Below are positions 46,183 to 56,344 of a stretch of DNA of 64,000 nt, piece by piece. The stretch's first letter is position 1. Every line of letters begins with the position of its first letter. The position numbers and the translations under genes were made by a program. The notes beneath the pieces are model-generated. The model made no database searches. It was not told where the DNA came from and was given only the letters and a program-made list of their open reading frames with translations. The stretch comes from an uncultured Dehalococcoidales bacterium (GTDB taxonomy: Bacteria > Chloroflexota > Dehalococcoidia > Dehalococcoidales > BS750m-G39): assembly GCA_964396965.1 (NCBI GenBank), contig CAYNGD010000008.1:2779-66778 (forward strand), given 5' to 3'.

Positions 46183-48627
46183 CTAGGTTAATTCCGCCGC
46201 GCTGTGCTGCCACACCCTCGCCAGCTCTATAGACAGCAACTTGTGTTCGGCCTTTTTCAGGCCGGGGTCCTGCTCGAAGAGGCTGATGGCCTCGGTGCGG
46301 GCCAGTTCCAAGAGTTTAACATCAGAAAGTTTAGCCATGCGCAGGTCGGGCAGGCCGCTCTGGCGGGTGCCGAAGAACTCGCCGGGACCGCGTAATTTAA
46401 GGTCTTCCTCGGCTAACTCGAAGCCGTCCTGAATCTTCTCAATCAGGTCTAACCTCTGGCGGCCTATCTCGGAGGGGTTCTCGGCCAGGAGCATGCAGTA
46501 GCTCTGCTGGCTGCCCCGTCCCACCCGGCCCCGGAACTGATGCAACTGGGAAAGGCCGAAGCGGTCGGCGCTCTCCACCAGCATCACGGTGGCGTTGGGC
46601 ACGTCAATGCCCACCTCCACCACCGGCGTCGAAACCAGAACCTGAAGCTCGCCGGAGCGGAACCTGTGCATCACCTCGTCCTTCTCCGCCGCCGACATCC
46701 GCCCGTGGATTAGGCCCAGCTTAAGGTCGGGGAAGACCTCCCGGGACAGGCGCTCGTACTCGGCCACCGCCGCCCTGGCCTGAATAGCCTCTGACTCCTC
46801 AACCAGCGGGCAGATGATAAAAGCCTGCCTGCCCTCGGCCACCTGCTTTCTCAGAAAAGCGTAGGCGCTGTCCCTCTGGGCCGGCTTGAGCCACCTCGTC
46901 TTTACCATCTGCCGGCCGGGGGGTAACTCATCAATAACCGAGAGGTCGAGGTCGCCATAGAGGGTTAAAGCTAATGTCCGGGGGATGGGGGTGGCCGTCA
47001 TCACCAGCACGTGGGGGTTAAAGCCCTTCTGCCGCAGCGCCGAGCGCTGGGCGACGCCGAAGCGGTGCTGCTCGTCAACCACCGCCAGACCTAATTTATT
47101 AAATTCGACCTCCTTTTGGATGAGAGCGTGGGTGCCGATAACGATATCTACCTCACCCTCCCTGATTTGCCGCTGGATGGCCTGCTTATTCGCCTGAGAC
47201 AAATCGCCGATGAGCAGCGCCAGGGTGAGCGGCCTATCTAAAAGACCGTGGAAGCGGCGCAGGTTCTCCTCTTCCTCCACTTTACTGGCAGTCCGGGATA
47301 ATAATTCGCCGACGCTGGAGAAGTGCTGCTCGGCCAGAATCTCGGTCGGGGCCATGAAAGCCCCCTGGTAGCCGCTGGCCGCCGCCAGCAGTGCCGCCGT
47401 GGCCACCACCGTCTTGCCGCTGCCGACCTCCCCCTGGAGCAGCCTCGACATCGCCCTCGGCTTCTCTAAATCATTCAGCAGCTCTTTGAGAACTTTATGC
47501 TGGGCGGGGGTAAGCTCAAAGGGTAAAGATTTTATAAAGCCTTCCAATAACGGCTTTTCCAGGCTGACCGGATTGGCCGGCTGGTCCTCCTGCCACTCGT
47601 GCTTTCTGCCCAGAACCCCCAGCTGCAATAGAAAAAGCTCGTCGAAGGCGAGGCGATTCCTGGCATTATCTTTGGCGGCCTCGTCCTCGGGGTAGTGCGC
47701 CTGGGCTATTGCCTGCGGCAGCTCAACCAGATGACAGCGCTCTCTTAAACTCACGGGGAGAAAGTCGGCCACCTGCCCGGCGAACTGGTCAACCACCTGC
47801 TTCATCAGCTTTCTCACCTGGCGCGGCTTCAAGCCCTGGGTCAGGGAGTAGAGAGGAACTAGACGCCCGGTATGGACAAGTTCTTTATTCTCCAGAAGCT
47901 CCCACTCCGGCGACTCGAAAACATACCTCCCGCCGAATAGCCTCACCCGGCCGCTCAGGACGACACGGGCGTTGGTGGGCAGGCTCCTGGCGACGTAGGG
48001 GTTATTAAACCAGACCGCCCGCACGTTGCCAGTCTCGTCACCGACGATGGCCTCGGTGCCCCGCCTCCCCCCCAACCAGGTCACCTGCGCCTGCCAGACG
48101 TTGGCGGTGATGGTCTGCTCCTCGCCCTCGGTAAGCCCGGAGATATAGTTGGTCCGGCTGTAGTCGAGGTGGCGGTGGGGGAAGAAATAGAGCAAATCTC
48201 GTATCGTGTTTACCCCCAGTTTCTTGAACTTGGCCGCTTGAGCGGTGCTCACCCCTTTAAGCGAGGTTATCGGTAGCTCTAAAGAATGGGAGGCAGCAGT
48301 TGCTGTTAGCTGAGGGCGCTTTCTGGGTGTAACCCTTTTCTCCGGCGGCTTGGCTTCGGTCTTTTCTGACTGCGCCGAATCCAAAAAGGCGAAGACACCA
48401 GCCAGCCACTTCTGGCGCTGCTCTCTGGTCAGAGAGGCGTAGTTGGAGCGGTCAAGGTGAAGCTTTTTGAAATCAGCCAGGAGGCGGGGGGTGGTTATTG
48501 ATGACGCGGCTTGTGCCGCCCAGCGGCGCAAAAATTTATCCAGGCCGCCGATTACCGCCCTATCGTCGTAGCCCTTCTCCCGCTCGAGCTCAAGGACCTT
48601 GCGCAGCGGCCCGTCGTTCAGCACCAA
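46183..48627 (-). CDS. recG: ATP-dependent DNA helicase RecG (long form with N-terminal extension)
   Basis: Wedge domain plus helicase motifs GDVGSGKT-like (GEVGSGKT), DEQHRFG, TATPIPRT, QLHQFRGRVGRG. 814 aa. Confidence 0.9.
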   Translation of the reverse strand: MVLNDGPLRKVLELEREKGYDDRAVIGGLDKFLRRWAAQAASSITTPRLLADFKKLHLDRSNYASLTREQRQKWLAGVFAFLDSAQSEKTEAKPPEKRVTPRKRPQLTATAASHSLELPITSLKGVSTAQAAKFKKLGVNTIRDLLYFFPHRHLDYSRTNYISGLTEGEEQTITANVWQAQVTWLGGRRGTEAIVGDETGNVRAVWFNNPYVARSLPTNARVVLSGRVRLFGGRYVFESPEWELLENKELVHTGRLVPLYSLTQGLKPRQVRKLMKQVVDQFAGQVADFLPVSLRERCHLVELPQAIAQAHYPEDEAAKDNARNRLAFDELFLLQLGVLGRKHEWQEDQPANPVSLEKPLLEGFIKSLPFELTPAQHKVLKELLNDLEKPRAMSRLLQGEVGSGKTVVATAALLAAASGYQGAFMAPTEILAEQHFSSVGELLSRTASKVEEEENLRRFHGLLDRPLTLALLIGDLSQANKQAIQRQIREGEVDIVIGTHALIQKEVEFNKLGLAVVDEQHRFGVAQRSALRQKGFNPHVLVMTATPIPRTLALTLYGDLDLSVIDELPPGRQMVKTRWLKPAQRDSAYAFLRKQVAEGRQAFIICPLVEESEAIQARAAVAEYERLSREVFPDLKLGLIHGRMSAAEKDEVMHRFRSGELQVLVSTPVVEVGIDVPNATVMLVESADRFGLSQLHQFRGRVGRGSQQSYCMLLAENPSEIGRQRLDLIEKIQDGFELAEEDLKLRGPGEFFGTRQSGLPDLRMAKLSDVKLLELARTEAISLFEQDPGLKKAEHKLLSIELARVWQHSAAELT

Positions 48628-48630
48628 GGC

Positions 48631-49473
48631 TCACTCCCTGTCACCCAGCACGGCTACGGCGATAACGTGGGGGCCGACATGTGTCCCCACCGCCGGGGTG
48701 ACCTTGGTGCGGTAGATACGCTCTCTGGGGAACTTGAAGCTCAGCTGCTCGGCCAGCCTATCGGCCTCATCCGGGGTGGTGGCATCAGCAATAGCCAGCT
48801 CTTCGATGTAGGCATAGCTGACGGCGAAGTTATATAGGTGCTCAATTGCCTTGGAGCGGGAGTGCTCCCGGGCCACCGGGTAGGTCTCGCCGTCCTTGAT
48901 GCAGAGAATTGGGTTGACTTTTAGCACCGACCCCAGAAAAGCGGTAGCCCGGCCGATGCGCCCGCCCCGCCTCAGATATTCCAGGGTATCAAAAGCAATG
49001 CGTATATCCACCCTGCCCATATTATTACGCGTCAAGGCTATCACCTCATCAAGGCTGGCCCCGTTTTTGGCCACCCTGGCCGCGGTGATAACCAGCAGCC
49101 CCTGGGCCATCAGCGCCCAGTTGGAGTCGATAACCTCTATCCGGCGTTTTTGCTTCATCAACTTCAGGCTCTGCAAGGCTACCTCGGGTATGGCGCTTAA
49201 CTTGTGGGAGATGGTGATGACAGCGATTTCATCGGCTTTTTTAGCGACCTCATCGTAGGTCTGGGCAAAATTCGCCGGCGCCGGCACCGAGGTGGTGGGG
49301 TGGGCCTTGTTCTCGACCAATCTCTGGTAGAACTGCTCGGTGGTCATCTCGATGCCATCGAGGTAGCTCTCCTCGCCGAAAGAGACCGGGACCGGGATTA
49401 CGGTGATATCCAGATCCCTGACCGCTGACTCAGGCAGACCCGCCGAGCTATCGGTAATAATCTTGACCGGCAT
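48631..49473 (-). CDS. DegV family fatty-acid-binding protein (FakB-like) 1
   Basis: IITDSSAGLP, FDTLEYLRRGGRIG, FLGSVLKVNP. Confidence 0.85.
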   Translation of the reverse strand: MPVKIITDSSAGLPESAVRDLDITVIPVPVSFGEESYLDGIEMTTEQFYQRLVENKAHPTTSVPAPANFAQTYDEVAKKADEIAVITISHKLSAIPEVALQSLKLMKQKRRIEVIDSNWALMAQGLLVITAARVAKNGASLDEVIALTRNNMGRVDIRIAFDTLEYLRRGGRIGRATAFLGSVLKVNPILCIKDGETYPVAREHSRSKAIEHLYNFAVSYAYIEELAIADATTPDEADRLAEQLSFKFPRERIYRTKVTPAVGTHVGPHVIAVAVLGDRE

Positions 49474-49475
49474 GT

Positions 49476-50321
49476 CTACCCCCTGTCTCCCAGTATCGCC
49501 ACTAGCAGCAGACCGGGGCCGGTGTGGGTGCCGATTACCGGGGTCATCTTGGAACGATAGATACGCTCCCCGGGAAATATGGCGCCAAGCCGTTCCACCA
49601 GCGCCTCGGCGTCCTCAGGGCAGGCGGTATCCCCTACCGCCATCTCCTCGATAGTGACATATTGAGTGGCGAAGTCGTACAAGCGGTCTATCGCCTTGGT
49701 CCGCGAGCGGGTCCGTCCCGCCGGCTCGACCAGGCCATCCTTAAGGGTGATGAGGGGGTTGACCTTCAGCACCGAGCCCAGAAAGGCGGCTGCCTTGCCA
49801 ATTCGCCCGCCCCGCCTCAAATACTCCAGGGTATCGAAGGCGGCCAGAAAACTGGCCCGGGGGATGTTCTCATGTGCTACCGCCATCACCTCCTCCAGTT
49901 TAGCCCCGGATTGGGCGGCTTGAGCCGCCTTCAGGGCGATGAACCCCTCGGCCATGGTCGCCGTTGTCGAGTCAACCACCTCCACCCGGCACTTCTTCTT
50001 CATCTGGTCAATAGCCTGTACCGCCACCTCATGGGTGGCGCTAAGCCGGGCGGAGACGGTCAGCACCAGTATTTCCCCGGTCTCCTCGGCCAGCCGGTCA
50101 TAGGCCTCGACATAGGCCTCCGGCGGCGGCACCGAGGTGGCCGGAAAGGACTGGTTTGTCTGCAGCTTTTGATAGAACTGGTCGGGAGTGAGGTCAATGC
50201 TATCGCGGTAGCTCTCGGCACCGAAGCGGAGCACCAGTGGAATGATGGTGATTCCCAGCTCACGTGCTACCTTCGGTGGCAAGTCAGCCACGCTATCGGT
50301 AACAATCTTTACCGTCATCAC
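49476..50321 (-). CDS. DegV family fatty-acid-binding protein (FakB-like) 2
   Basis: IVTDSVADLP, FDTLEYLRRGGRIG, FLGSVLKVNP. Confidence 0.85.
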   Translation of the reverse strand: MMTVKIVTDSVADLPPKVARELGITIIPLVLRFGAESYRDSIDLTPDQFYQKLQTNQSFPATSVPPPEAYVEAYDRLAEETGEILVLTVSARLSATHEVAVQAIDQMKKKCRVEVVDSTTATMAEGFIALKAAQAAQSGAKLEEVMAVAHENIPRASFLAAFDTLEYLRRGGRIGKAAAFLGSVLKVNPLITLKDGLVEPAGRTRSRTKAIDRLYDFATQYVTIEEMAVGDTACPEDAEALVERLGAIFPGERIYRSKMTPVIGTHTGPGLLLVAILGDRG

Positions 50322-51163
50322 TAATCTTTATCGCCCAGGACGGCTACCCCCAGCGCCCCGGGGCCGACGTGAACCCCCACCCCCGGGCTGACTTTGGAGT
50401 GATAGATGCGCTCACCGGGGAACCTGGCCTCAAGCCTCTGGGCCAGCTCGCCAGCCTCATCGGGGGTGGTGGCATCCTCAACCCCTATCCCGTCAACCCT
50501 GGTAAACCCGGAGGCAAAGTCGTAGAGCGAGTCGAGCGCCCTGGCCCGTGAGTGCTCCCGCCCGAAGGGATAGACCTCGCCGTCCCTGATGCCCAGAATA
50601 GGGTTGACCTTGAGCACCGTCCCCAGATAGGTCCTGGCCTTGCCGATGCGCCCGCCCTGCCTGAGGTACTCCAGGGTATCGAAGGCCATGCGGCTGTGCG
50701 CCCGGGGGATGTTGTTGCGGACTCCCTCCAGAATCTTATCCAGCTTAGCCCCTTCTTTAGCCGCCTTGGCCGCGGCGATAACCAGCAGCCCCTGCGCCAG
50801 AACCGCCGTCTGGGAATCGATGACCTCCACCCGGCACTTCTTCTGCATCCGCTCCTTGCCCAGCAGCGCCGTATCATAGCTGGCGCTGAGCTTCTGGGAG
50901 TTGGTGATGACCAAGATATCCCCAGTCTCCTCGGCCACCTTATCGTAGGTCTCGGCGAAGCGGCCCAGGGGGGGCACGATGGTGGTGGGCAAAATCTTGC
51001 TCGAGGCCAGCTTATCGTAGAACTGCTCGCTGCTGATGTCAACGCCGTCGCGGTAGTTTATCCTGCCGAAGATAACGTTTATCGGGATTACGGTGATAGC
51101 CAGCTCCCGGGCGACCTCGGCGGGTACATCGCCCAGGCTGTCGGTAATAACCCTGACCATCAT
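50321..51163 (-). CDS. DegV family fatty-acid-binding protein (FakB-like) 3
   Basis: VITDSLGDVP, FDTLEYLRQGGRIG, YLGTVLKVNP. Confidence 0.85.
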   Translation of the reverse strand: MMVRVITDSLGDVPAEVARELAITVIPINVIFGRINYRDGVDISSEQFYDKLASSKILPTTIVPPLGRFAETYDKVAEETGDILVITNSQKLSASYDTALLGKERMQKKCRVEVIDSQTAVLAQGLLVIAAAKAAKEGAKLDKILEGVRNNIPRAHSRMAFDTLEYLRQGGRIGKARTYLGTVLKVNPILGIRDGEVYPFGREHSRARALDSLYDFASGFTRVDGIGVEDATTPDEAGELAQRLEARFPGERIYHSKVSPGVGVHVGPGALGVAVLGDKD

Positions 51164-51173
51164 AATAGACCCC

Positions 51174-52811
51174 CTACTCCACGGAAGCGATATAGTTATA
51201 GTGAGGCTGACCGCCCTGGACTACCTCGACCTGAAGCTGGGGATAGCGCTCGCGGATAGCCGCCGCCGCCTTCTCCGCTTCAGCCGCGCTGGTGTCCGCC
51301 CCGTAGTAGACGGTAACCACCTCGGCCTTAGCCGGCTCCACCCTCTCCAGCGTCTGGCTGAGGGCCTCCTCGGCTTTATCAGCCACCGACACCAGGTCTC
51401 CGTCCAGAAAGCCGATGGCCTGGTTCTTCTTTATGTCCAGCTTGTCCAGCTTGGTGTCCCGCACCGCCCGAGTAATCTCAATCGACCTTACCTCTGACTG
51501 CGCCTGTTTCATATTCTGAGCGTTGGTCTCCAGGTCGGCCTCATAGTCAAAGGCCAGAAGGGCAGCCACCCCCTGGGGTAGGGTACGGGTGGGCACCACC
51601 TCAATCTTCTTCCTGGTCAGGGACTGCACCTGACCGGCGGCGAGGACGATATTCTTGTTGTTGGGCAATATGATGACCTTCTCCGAGGGCACTGCCTCCA
51701 CCGCCTGCAACAGCTCCTTGGTGCTGGGGTTCATCGTCTGCCCGCCGGGGACGATAATCGTCGCCCCCAGGCTGGTAAAGACCTGGGTCAGGCCCTCGCC
51801 GGCGACCACGGCCACGATAGCCGTGTCCACCTCCGGCATCCGCTCCTTCTGCATCTCCAGAAAGTCGCGGTACTGCTCGTCCATGTTGCGGATGTTAATC
51901 TGGTGTAAAGTCCCCAGCGGGATAACATAGTGCATAATCTCGCCCGGGTCTAAAGTGTGGATGTGGACGCGGACTGCCGATTCGTCGCCGATGACGATTA
52001 ACGACTGCCCCTTCTTCTCCAGCCTCTTCCTGAGCTTGTCCGGGTTAAGCTCGGCCCCCCTGATGACAAAGTTGGTGCAGTAGCCGTAGGGGACCTCGTC
52101 CATCGCCCCCACCATTTGGGGCACCTTGGCGGTGAGGGGGATGCTACTGGCCACCATCCAGGGACGGCGTAGCTTTAGCTGCTCGGTCTCGCCCCTGAGG
52201 TAGTGGAGGGCACCCTCGAGCAGGGTATAGAGGCCCTGCCCCCCGGCATCAACCACCCCGGCGTCCTTGAGAACGGGGAGAAGGGTGGGGGTGTTGGCCA
52301 CCGACTCCCTGGCCCCCTCGACGGTGGCCTCCATCACCGAGAGCAAATCGTCGCTGACCTCGACGGCGTGCTTCTCCGCCGCCGCCGCCGCCTCCCTGAT
52401 TACGGTGAGTATGGTCCCCTCCACCGGGTTGCTCAGACCGTTATAGGCTGTCTTGGATGCCTTTAAGAGGGCGGCCACCAGGTCGGCGCCGGTAATCTTG
52501 TCCTTATCGTCCAGGCCCTGGGCGATGCCGTTCCATATCTGCGACAGGATGACCCCGCTGTTGCCCCTGGCCCCTACCAGCGCCCCCCTGGCCATCGCCC
52601 GGGCCACCCCGGCGGCGCTGTTATTGCCCGCCTGGTAGGACTCCTCGATAGAGGAACGCATGGTGAGCAGCATGTTGGTGCCGGTATCGCCATCGGGGAC
52701 GGGGAAAACATTGAGGGCATCAATATCGGCCGAGCTCTTCTCCAGCCAGCCGGTAGCCGCCTCGAACATCGCCCGCAGTTCCTTACCGCTGAGAGTCTTA
52801 GCTTCTGCCAT
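51174..52811 (-). CDS. DAK2-domain protein, fatty acid kinase FakA/YloV-like
   Basis: 545 aa. N-terminal Dak2 motif PVPDGDTGTNM, RGNSGVI, plus central and C-terminal DegV-like/FakA domains. Confidence 0.8.
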   Translation of the reverse strand: MAEAKTLSGKELRAMFEAATGWLEKSSADIDALNVFPVPDGDTGTNMLLTMRSSIEESYQAGNNSAAGVARAMARGALVGARGNSGVILSQIWNGIAQGLDDKDKITGADLVAALLKASKTAYNGLSNPVEGTILTVIREAAAAAEKHAVEVSDDLLSVMEATVEGARESVANTPTLLPVLKDAGVVDAGGQGLYTLLEGALHYLRGETEQLKLRRPWMVASSIPLTAKVPQMVGAMDEVPYGYCTNFVIRGAELNPDKLRKRLEKKGQSLIVIGDESAVRVHIHTLDPGEIMHYVIPLGTLHQINIRNMDEQYRDFLEMQKERMPEVDTAIVAVVAGEGLTQVFTSLGATIIVPGGQTMNPSTKELLQAVEAVPSEKVIILPNNKNIVLAAGQVQSLTRKKIEVVPTRTLPQGVAALLAFDYEADLETNAQNMKQAQSEVRSIEITRAVRDTKLDKLDIKKNQAIGFLDGDLVSVADKAEEALSQTLERVEPAKAEVVTVYYGADTSAAEAEKAAAAIRERYPQLQVEVVQGGQPHYNYIASVE

Positions 52812-52905
52812 CCAATCTCATCCTTGCCAGAGGGGGGGCGGCTGTGTTAATATTTACGAACGGAATTCTACCCTAAATCCGGCCATTAGTCAAAGGAGAA
52901 AGAGC

Positions 52906-53094
52906 TTGAAGTGCGATATCTGTGGCAAAACGCCCCAATTCGGTCATAACGTGAGCCACTCTAAACGACGTACCAACCGCCACTGGCTACCCAATATACA
53001 CTCGGTGACCATCACCATCGAGGGCAGGCCCAGGAAGATGAACCTCTGCACCCGCTGCCTGCGCAACCAGCACAAACTGGCTAGGGCAGGCTAG
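52906..53094 (+). CDS. rpmB: ribosomal protein L28
   Basis: TTG start preceded by AAAGGAG. (M)KCDICGKTPQFGHNVSHSKRRTNRHWLPNIH. The longer listed ORF (52660) is an upstream read-through in the same frame. Confidence 0.85.
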   Translation: MKCDICGKTPQFGHNVSHSKRRTNRHWLPNIHSVTITIEGRPRKMNLCTRCLRNQHKLARAG

Positions 53095-53779
53095 CCCTCA
53101 GTTCCTCAATGGCCTGAGCCACCGTCTTTCTGGAGTTAAAAACGGCCGCCCCGGCCACCAGCACCCTGGCCCCAGCTTTAACCACCCTGGGAGCCACCTC
53201 GGCATTGATGCCGCCGTCCACCTCAAGCTCAGTGGCCAGCTTTTTCTTATCCAGCTCGTCTCTTAACTCGGCTATCTTTCCCAGCGTTGACTCGATGAAG
53301 GGCTGGCCGCCGTAGCCGGGGTTGACCGTCATCACCAGAACCAGGTCAATCTCCGGCAGTATTTTAGTGACAGCACCAGCCGGAGTTTCCGGGTTGAGCG
53401 ATACCCCCGCCTTGACCCCCAGAGCCTTAATGGCCTCAATCACATTTTTAACATCGGGGCAGGCCTCGATGTGCACCGTGATGATGTCAGCGCCAGCCTT
53501 GGCGAACTGCTCTAGCTGCCTCTCCGGTGTTTTAATCATGAGGTGGACATCGAGGGGGAGGCCGCTAAAGCGTCGTATTGCCGCCACCACCTGGGCGCCG
53601 ATGGTGATGGGAGGGACGAACTGCCCGTCCATAACATCAATGTGGATATAGTCGGCACCGGCGTTGGCCGCTTCAGCCACCTGCTCGCCGAGGCGGGCGA
53701 AATCGGCGGAGAGAAGGGAGGGGGCGAGCTTTACCTCCGGTTTAGCCACCCCTGGCTCCGATAGCTTTCTTGGCGGCAC
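53081..53779 (-). CDS. rpe: ribulose-phosphate 3-epimerase
   Basis: LAPSLLSADFARLGE, HIDVMDG.FVP, MTVNPGYGGQ. GTG start at 53779, or GTG 53749, which reduces the overlap with argH. Confidence 0.9.
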   Translation of the reverse strand: MPPRKLSEPGVAKPEVKLAPSLLSADFARLGEQVAEAANAGADYIHIDVMDGQFVPPITIGAQVVAAIRRFSGLPLDVHLMIKTPERQLEQFAKAGADIITVHIEACPDVKNVIEAIKALGVKAGVSLNPETPAGAVTKILPEIDLVLVMTVNPGYGGQPFIESTLGKIAELRDELDKKKLATELEVDGGINAEVAPRVVKAGARVLVAGAAVFNSRKTVAQAIEELRASLP

Positions 53780-55121
53780 TTAACGCCTTTTCCACCTGTC
53801 TAGGGGCGGTGCCGCCGGTAACGTCCCTGGCGTTTAGAGAGGACTCAATAGTTACATCAAAGACATCTTTAGCAAATAGCTTGGAGAACTTTTTATATTC
53901 GGCCAGCTTCAACTCACTGAAGGACTTACCCTGCTCGATGGCGTAACTCACCAGCCGGGCCACAATCTCGTGGGCGGCCCGAAAGGCCATGCCTTTCTTA
54001 ACCAGGTAGTCGGCCAGGTCGGTGGCTAAAATATAGCCCTTCTCCAGCGCTTGCTTAGCCTTTTCCGGCTTTACTTCAAGCGTCCTGACCATACCGCTGA
54101 AGACATCGAGAGTGGAGAGAAGGGTATCAACGGTGTCGAAGAAGCCTTCTTTATCTTCCTGCAAATCTCGATTATAGGCCAGGGGCAAAGCCTTCAGGGT
54201 GGTGAGTAAGGCCATCAGATTACCGTAGACACGCCCCGTCTTGCCCCGCGCCAGCTCAGCGACATCCGGGTTCTGCTTCTGGGGCATGATACTGGAGCCA
54301 GTGGCGTAAGACTCATCAAGCTCGACAAAGCCGAACTCGGCGGAGGACCATAGAATAACCTCCTCGGCCAGTCTGGAGAGGTGCATAATACAGAAACTGG
54401 CGGCGGCCTCGTACTCTAAAATAAAGTCTCTATCCGAGACGGCGTCCAGGCTGTTCTGGCTTATTGCCCTAAAGCCGAGCTCTTTAGCCAGAAACTCGCG
54501 GTCAATATTATAGGCGACGCCGGCCAGGGCGCCGCTGCCCAGCGGCAGGACATCAACCCGCTTGAGGCAGTCGATAAAGCGGGCGGTATCGCGCTGGAGC
54601 ATCTCGAAGTAGGCCAGCAGGTGGTGTGCCAGAAGCACCGGCTGGGCTATCTGCAGGTGGGTATAGCCGGGGATAATTACATCTTTGTCGGCCTCGGCCA
54701 GACCGACCAGCGCCTTCTGAAGCTTGCCGAGCCCGACCAGGGTGTTGGCGATAGCATCCTTGGCAAAGAGGCGCATATCCAGCGCTATTTGGTCGTTGCG
54801 GGAGCGGGCGGTGTGGAGCTTGCCCCCCACCCCGCCGATTTTCTCTATCAGGCGGGCCTCGATGTGCATGTGGATGTCCTCAAGCTCGGATTTAAAGAGG
54901 AACTGGCCCAAAGCTATCTCCTCCTTGATGCCGTTAAGGCCGATGACAATGGCATCAGCCTCCTTATCGCTGATGATGCCCTGCCTGGCCAGCATTCGGG
55001 CGTGGGCGATGGAGCCGGCGATGTCGTAGGGGTAGAGGCGCCAGTCGTAGGGAATGGAGGCGGTGTACTGGTCCACTTTTTTATCGGCCGCCTTTTTAAA
55101 GCGGCCCCTTATCTGGCTCAT
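53742..55121 (-). CDS. argH: argininosuccinate lyase
   Basis: GSSIMPQKQNPD signature, TARSRNDQ. Confidence 0.95.
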   Translation of the reverse strand: MSQIRGRFKKAADKKVDQYTASIPYDWRLYPYDIAGSIAHARMLARQGIISDKEADAIVIGLNGIKEEIALGQFLFKSELEDIHMHIEARLIEKIGGVGGKLHTARSRNDQIALDMRLFAKDAIANTLVGLGKLQKALVGLAEADKDVIIPGYTHLQIAQPVLLAHHLLAYFEMLQRDTARFIDCLKRVDVLPLGSGALAGVAYNIDREFLAKELGFRAISQNSLDAVSDRDFILEYEAAASFCIMHLSRLAEEVILWSSAEFGFVELDESYATGSSIMPQKQNPDVAELARGKTGRVYGNLMALLTTLKALPLAYNRDLQEDKEGFFDTVDTLLSTLDVFSGMVRTLEVKPEKAKQALEKGYILATDLADYLVKKGMAFRAAHEIVARLVSYAIEQGKSFSELKLAEYKKFSKLFAKDVFDVTIESSLNARDVTGGTAPRQVEKALSAAKKAIGARGG

Positions 55122-56332
55122 TTTCCTTTCCCCTTTGTTTTTTTGCCCTGCATCCGGGCCTGGGTGCGGGCGGGCAGCCCCCAGAGGTGGATGAAGCCGA
55201 CGGCGGCGCTCCGGTCAAAGACGTCACCCTTGTCGTAAGTTGCCAGGTCGTGGCGGTAGAGGGAGTAGGGGGACTTGCGCCCGACCACAATAGAGCTGCC
55301 CTTATGCAGCTTGAGCCTTACCGCGCCGGTGACGAAGCGCTGGGAAGACTCGATATAGGCGGTCAGGTCCTCCCGGAAGGAGGTGAACCAGAGGCCGTTA
55401 TAGACCAGGTCGGAATACTCTCCGGAGATAAGCTGCTTGAAGCGGAGCTGCTCTTTGGATAGCGTCAGCGACTCCAGAGCCTGGTGCGCCTGGATGAGCA
55501 TTAGCGCCGCCGGGGCCTCGTAGACCTCGCGGGACTTGATGCCGACCACCCTATCCTCGATGTGGTCAATTCTACCGACGCCGTGCCTCCCGGCCAGGTC
55601 GTTGGCCCGCTCGATAAGGGTGATGCCGTCCAGCCTGTGGCTATTGAGGGACACCGGAATGCCCTCCTCAAAGCCGACCTCAACGTACTCCGGCTTGTCC
55701 GGGGTGTTCTCCACCGGCCTCACCCAGATAAAGGCATCCTCGGGCGGCTCCGCCCAGGGGTCCTCCATGACGCCGCACTCAATGCTGCGCCCCCAGAGGT
55801 TCTGGTCAATGGAGTAGGGGCTCTCGGCGGTAACCGGGAGGGGGATGGCGTGGCGCTTGGCGTACTTTATCGTCTCCTCGCGGTTCATCTCCCAGTCGCG
55901 GGCGGGAGCTAATATCTTCAGGTCTGGTGCTAAGCCGGCCACGCTGACATCGAAGCGAACCTGGTCGTTGCCCTTGCCGGTGCAGCCGTGGGCCACTGAC
56001 TTGGCCCCCTCTTTGAGCGCCGTCTCCACTAGCAGCCTGGCCATGAGGGGGCGGGCCAGCGCCGTGGCCAGCGGGTAGTGCCCCTGATACATGGCGTTAG
56101 CCTTTAATGCCGGAAAGACAAACTCCTCGACGAAGGCCTTTCTGGCATCGGCGACTATCGCCTTGACCGCACCCAGTTTAAGCGCCTTTTCTTTAATTGC
56201 CAGGAAGTCGGGCTCGTTGCCAACGTCAACACTGAAGGCGATAACCTCCAGGTCGTACTTCTCCTGCAACCACTTGATGGCCACCGAGGTGTCCACCCCA
56301 CCGCTGTAAGCCAGCACCACTTTTTCAGCCAT
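55118..56332 (-). CDS. argG: argininosuccinate synthase
   Basis: VVLAYSGGVDTSV, GCTGKGNDQVRF. Confidence 0.95.
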   Translation of the reverse strand: MAEKVVLAYSGGVDTSVAIKWLQEKYDLEVIAFSVDVGNEPDFLAIKEKALKLGAVKAIVADARKAFVEEFVFPALKANAMYQGHYPLATALARPLMARLLVETALKEGAKSVAHGCTGKGNDQVRFDVSVAGLAPDLKILAPARDWEMNREETIKYAKRHAIPLPVTAESPYSIDQNLWGRSIECGVMEDPWAEPPEDAFIWVRPVENTPDKPEYVEVGFEEGIPVSLNSHRLDGITLIERANDLAGRHGVGRIDHIEDRVVGIKSREVYEAPAALMLIQAHQALESLTLSKEQLRFKQLISGEYSDLVYNGLWFTSFREDLTAYIESSQRFVTGAVRLKLHKGSSIVVGRKSPYSLYRHDLATYDKGDVFDRSAAVGFIHLWGLPARTQARMQGKKTKGKGK

Positions 56333-56344
56333 AGCAATTCTCCG

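Noticed and set aside
46183-48627. The ~130-aa N-terminal extension of RecG as a novel domain.
   Set aside because: Long-form RecG proteins with an extra N-terminal domain are known in several phyla (for example the Thermotoga type). Nothing here shows that this one is different.
52660-53094. The 144-aa ORF covering the fakA-rpmB intergenic region.
   Set aside because: Only the last 62 codons look like L28. A TTG with a good SD at 52906 gives the canonical MKCDICGK N-terminus. The upstream part is antisense to the fakA 5' end.
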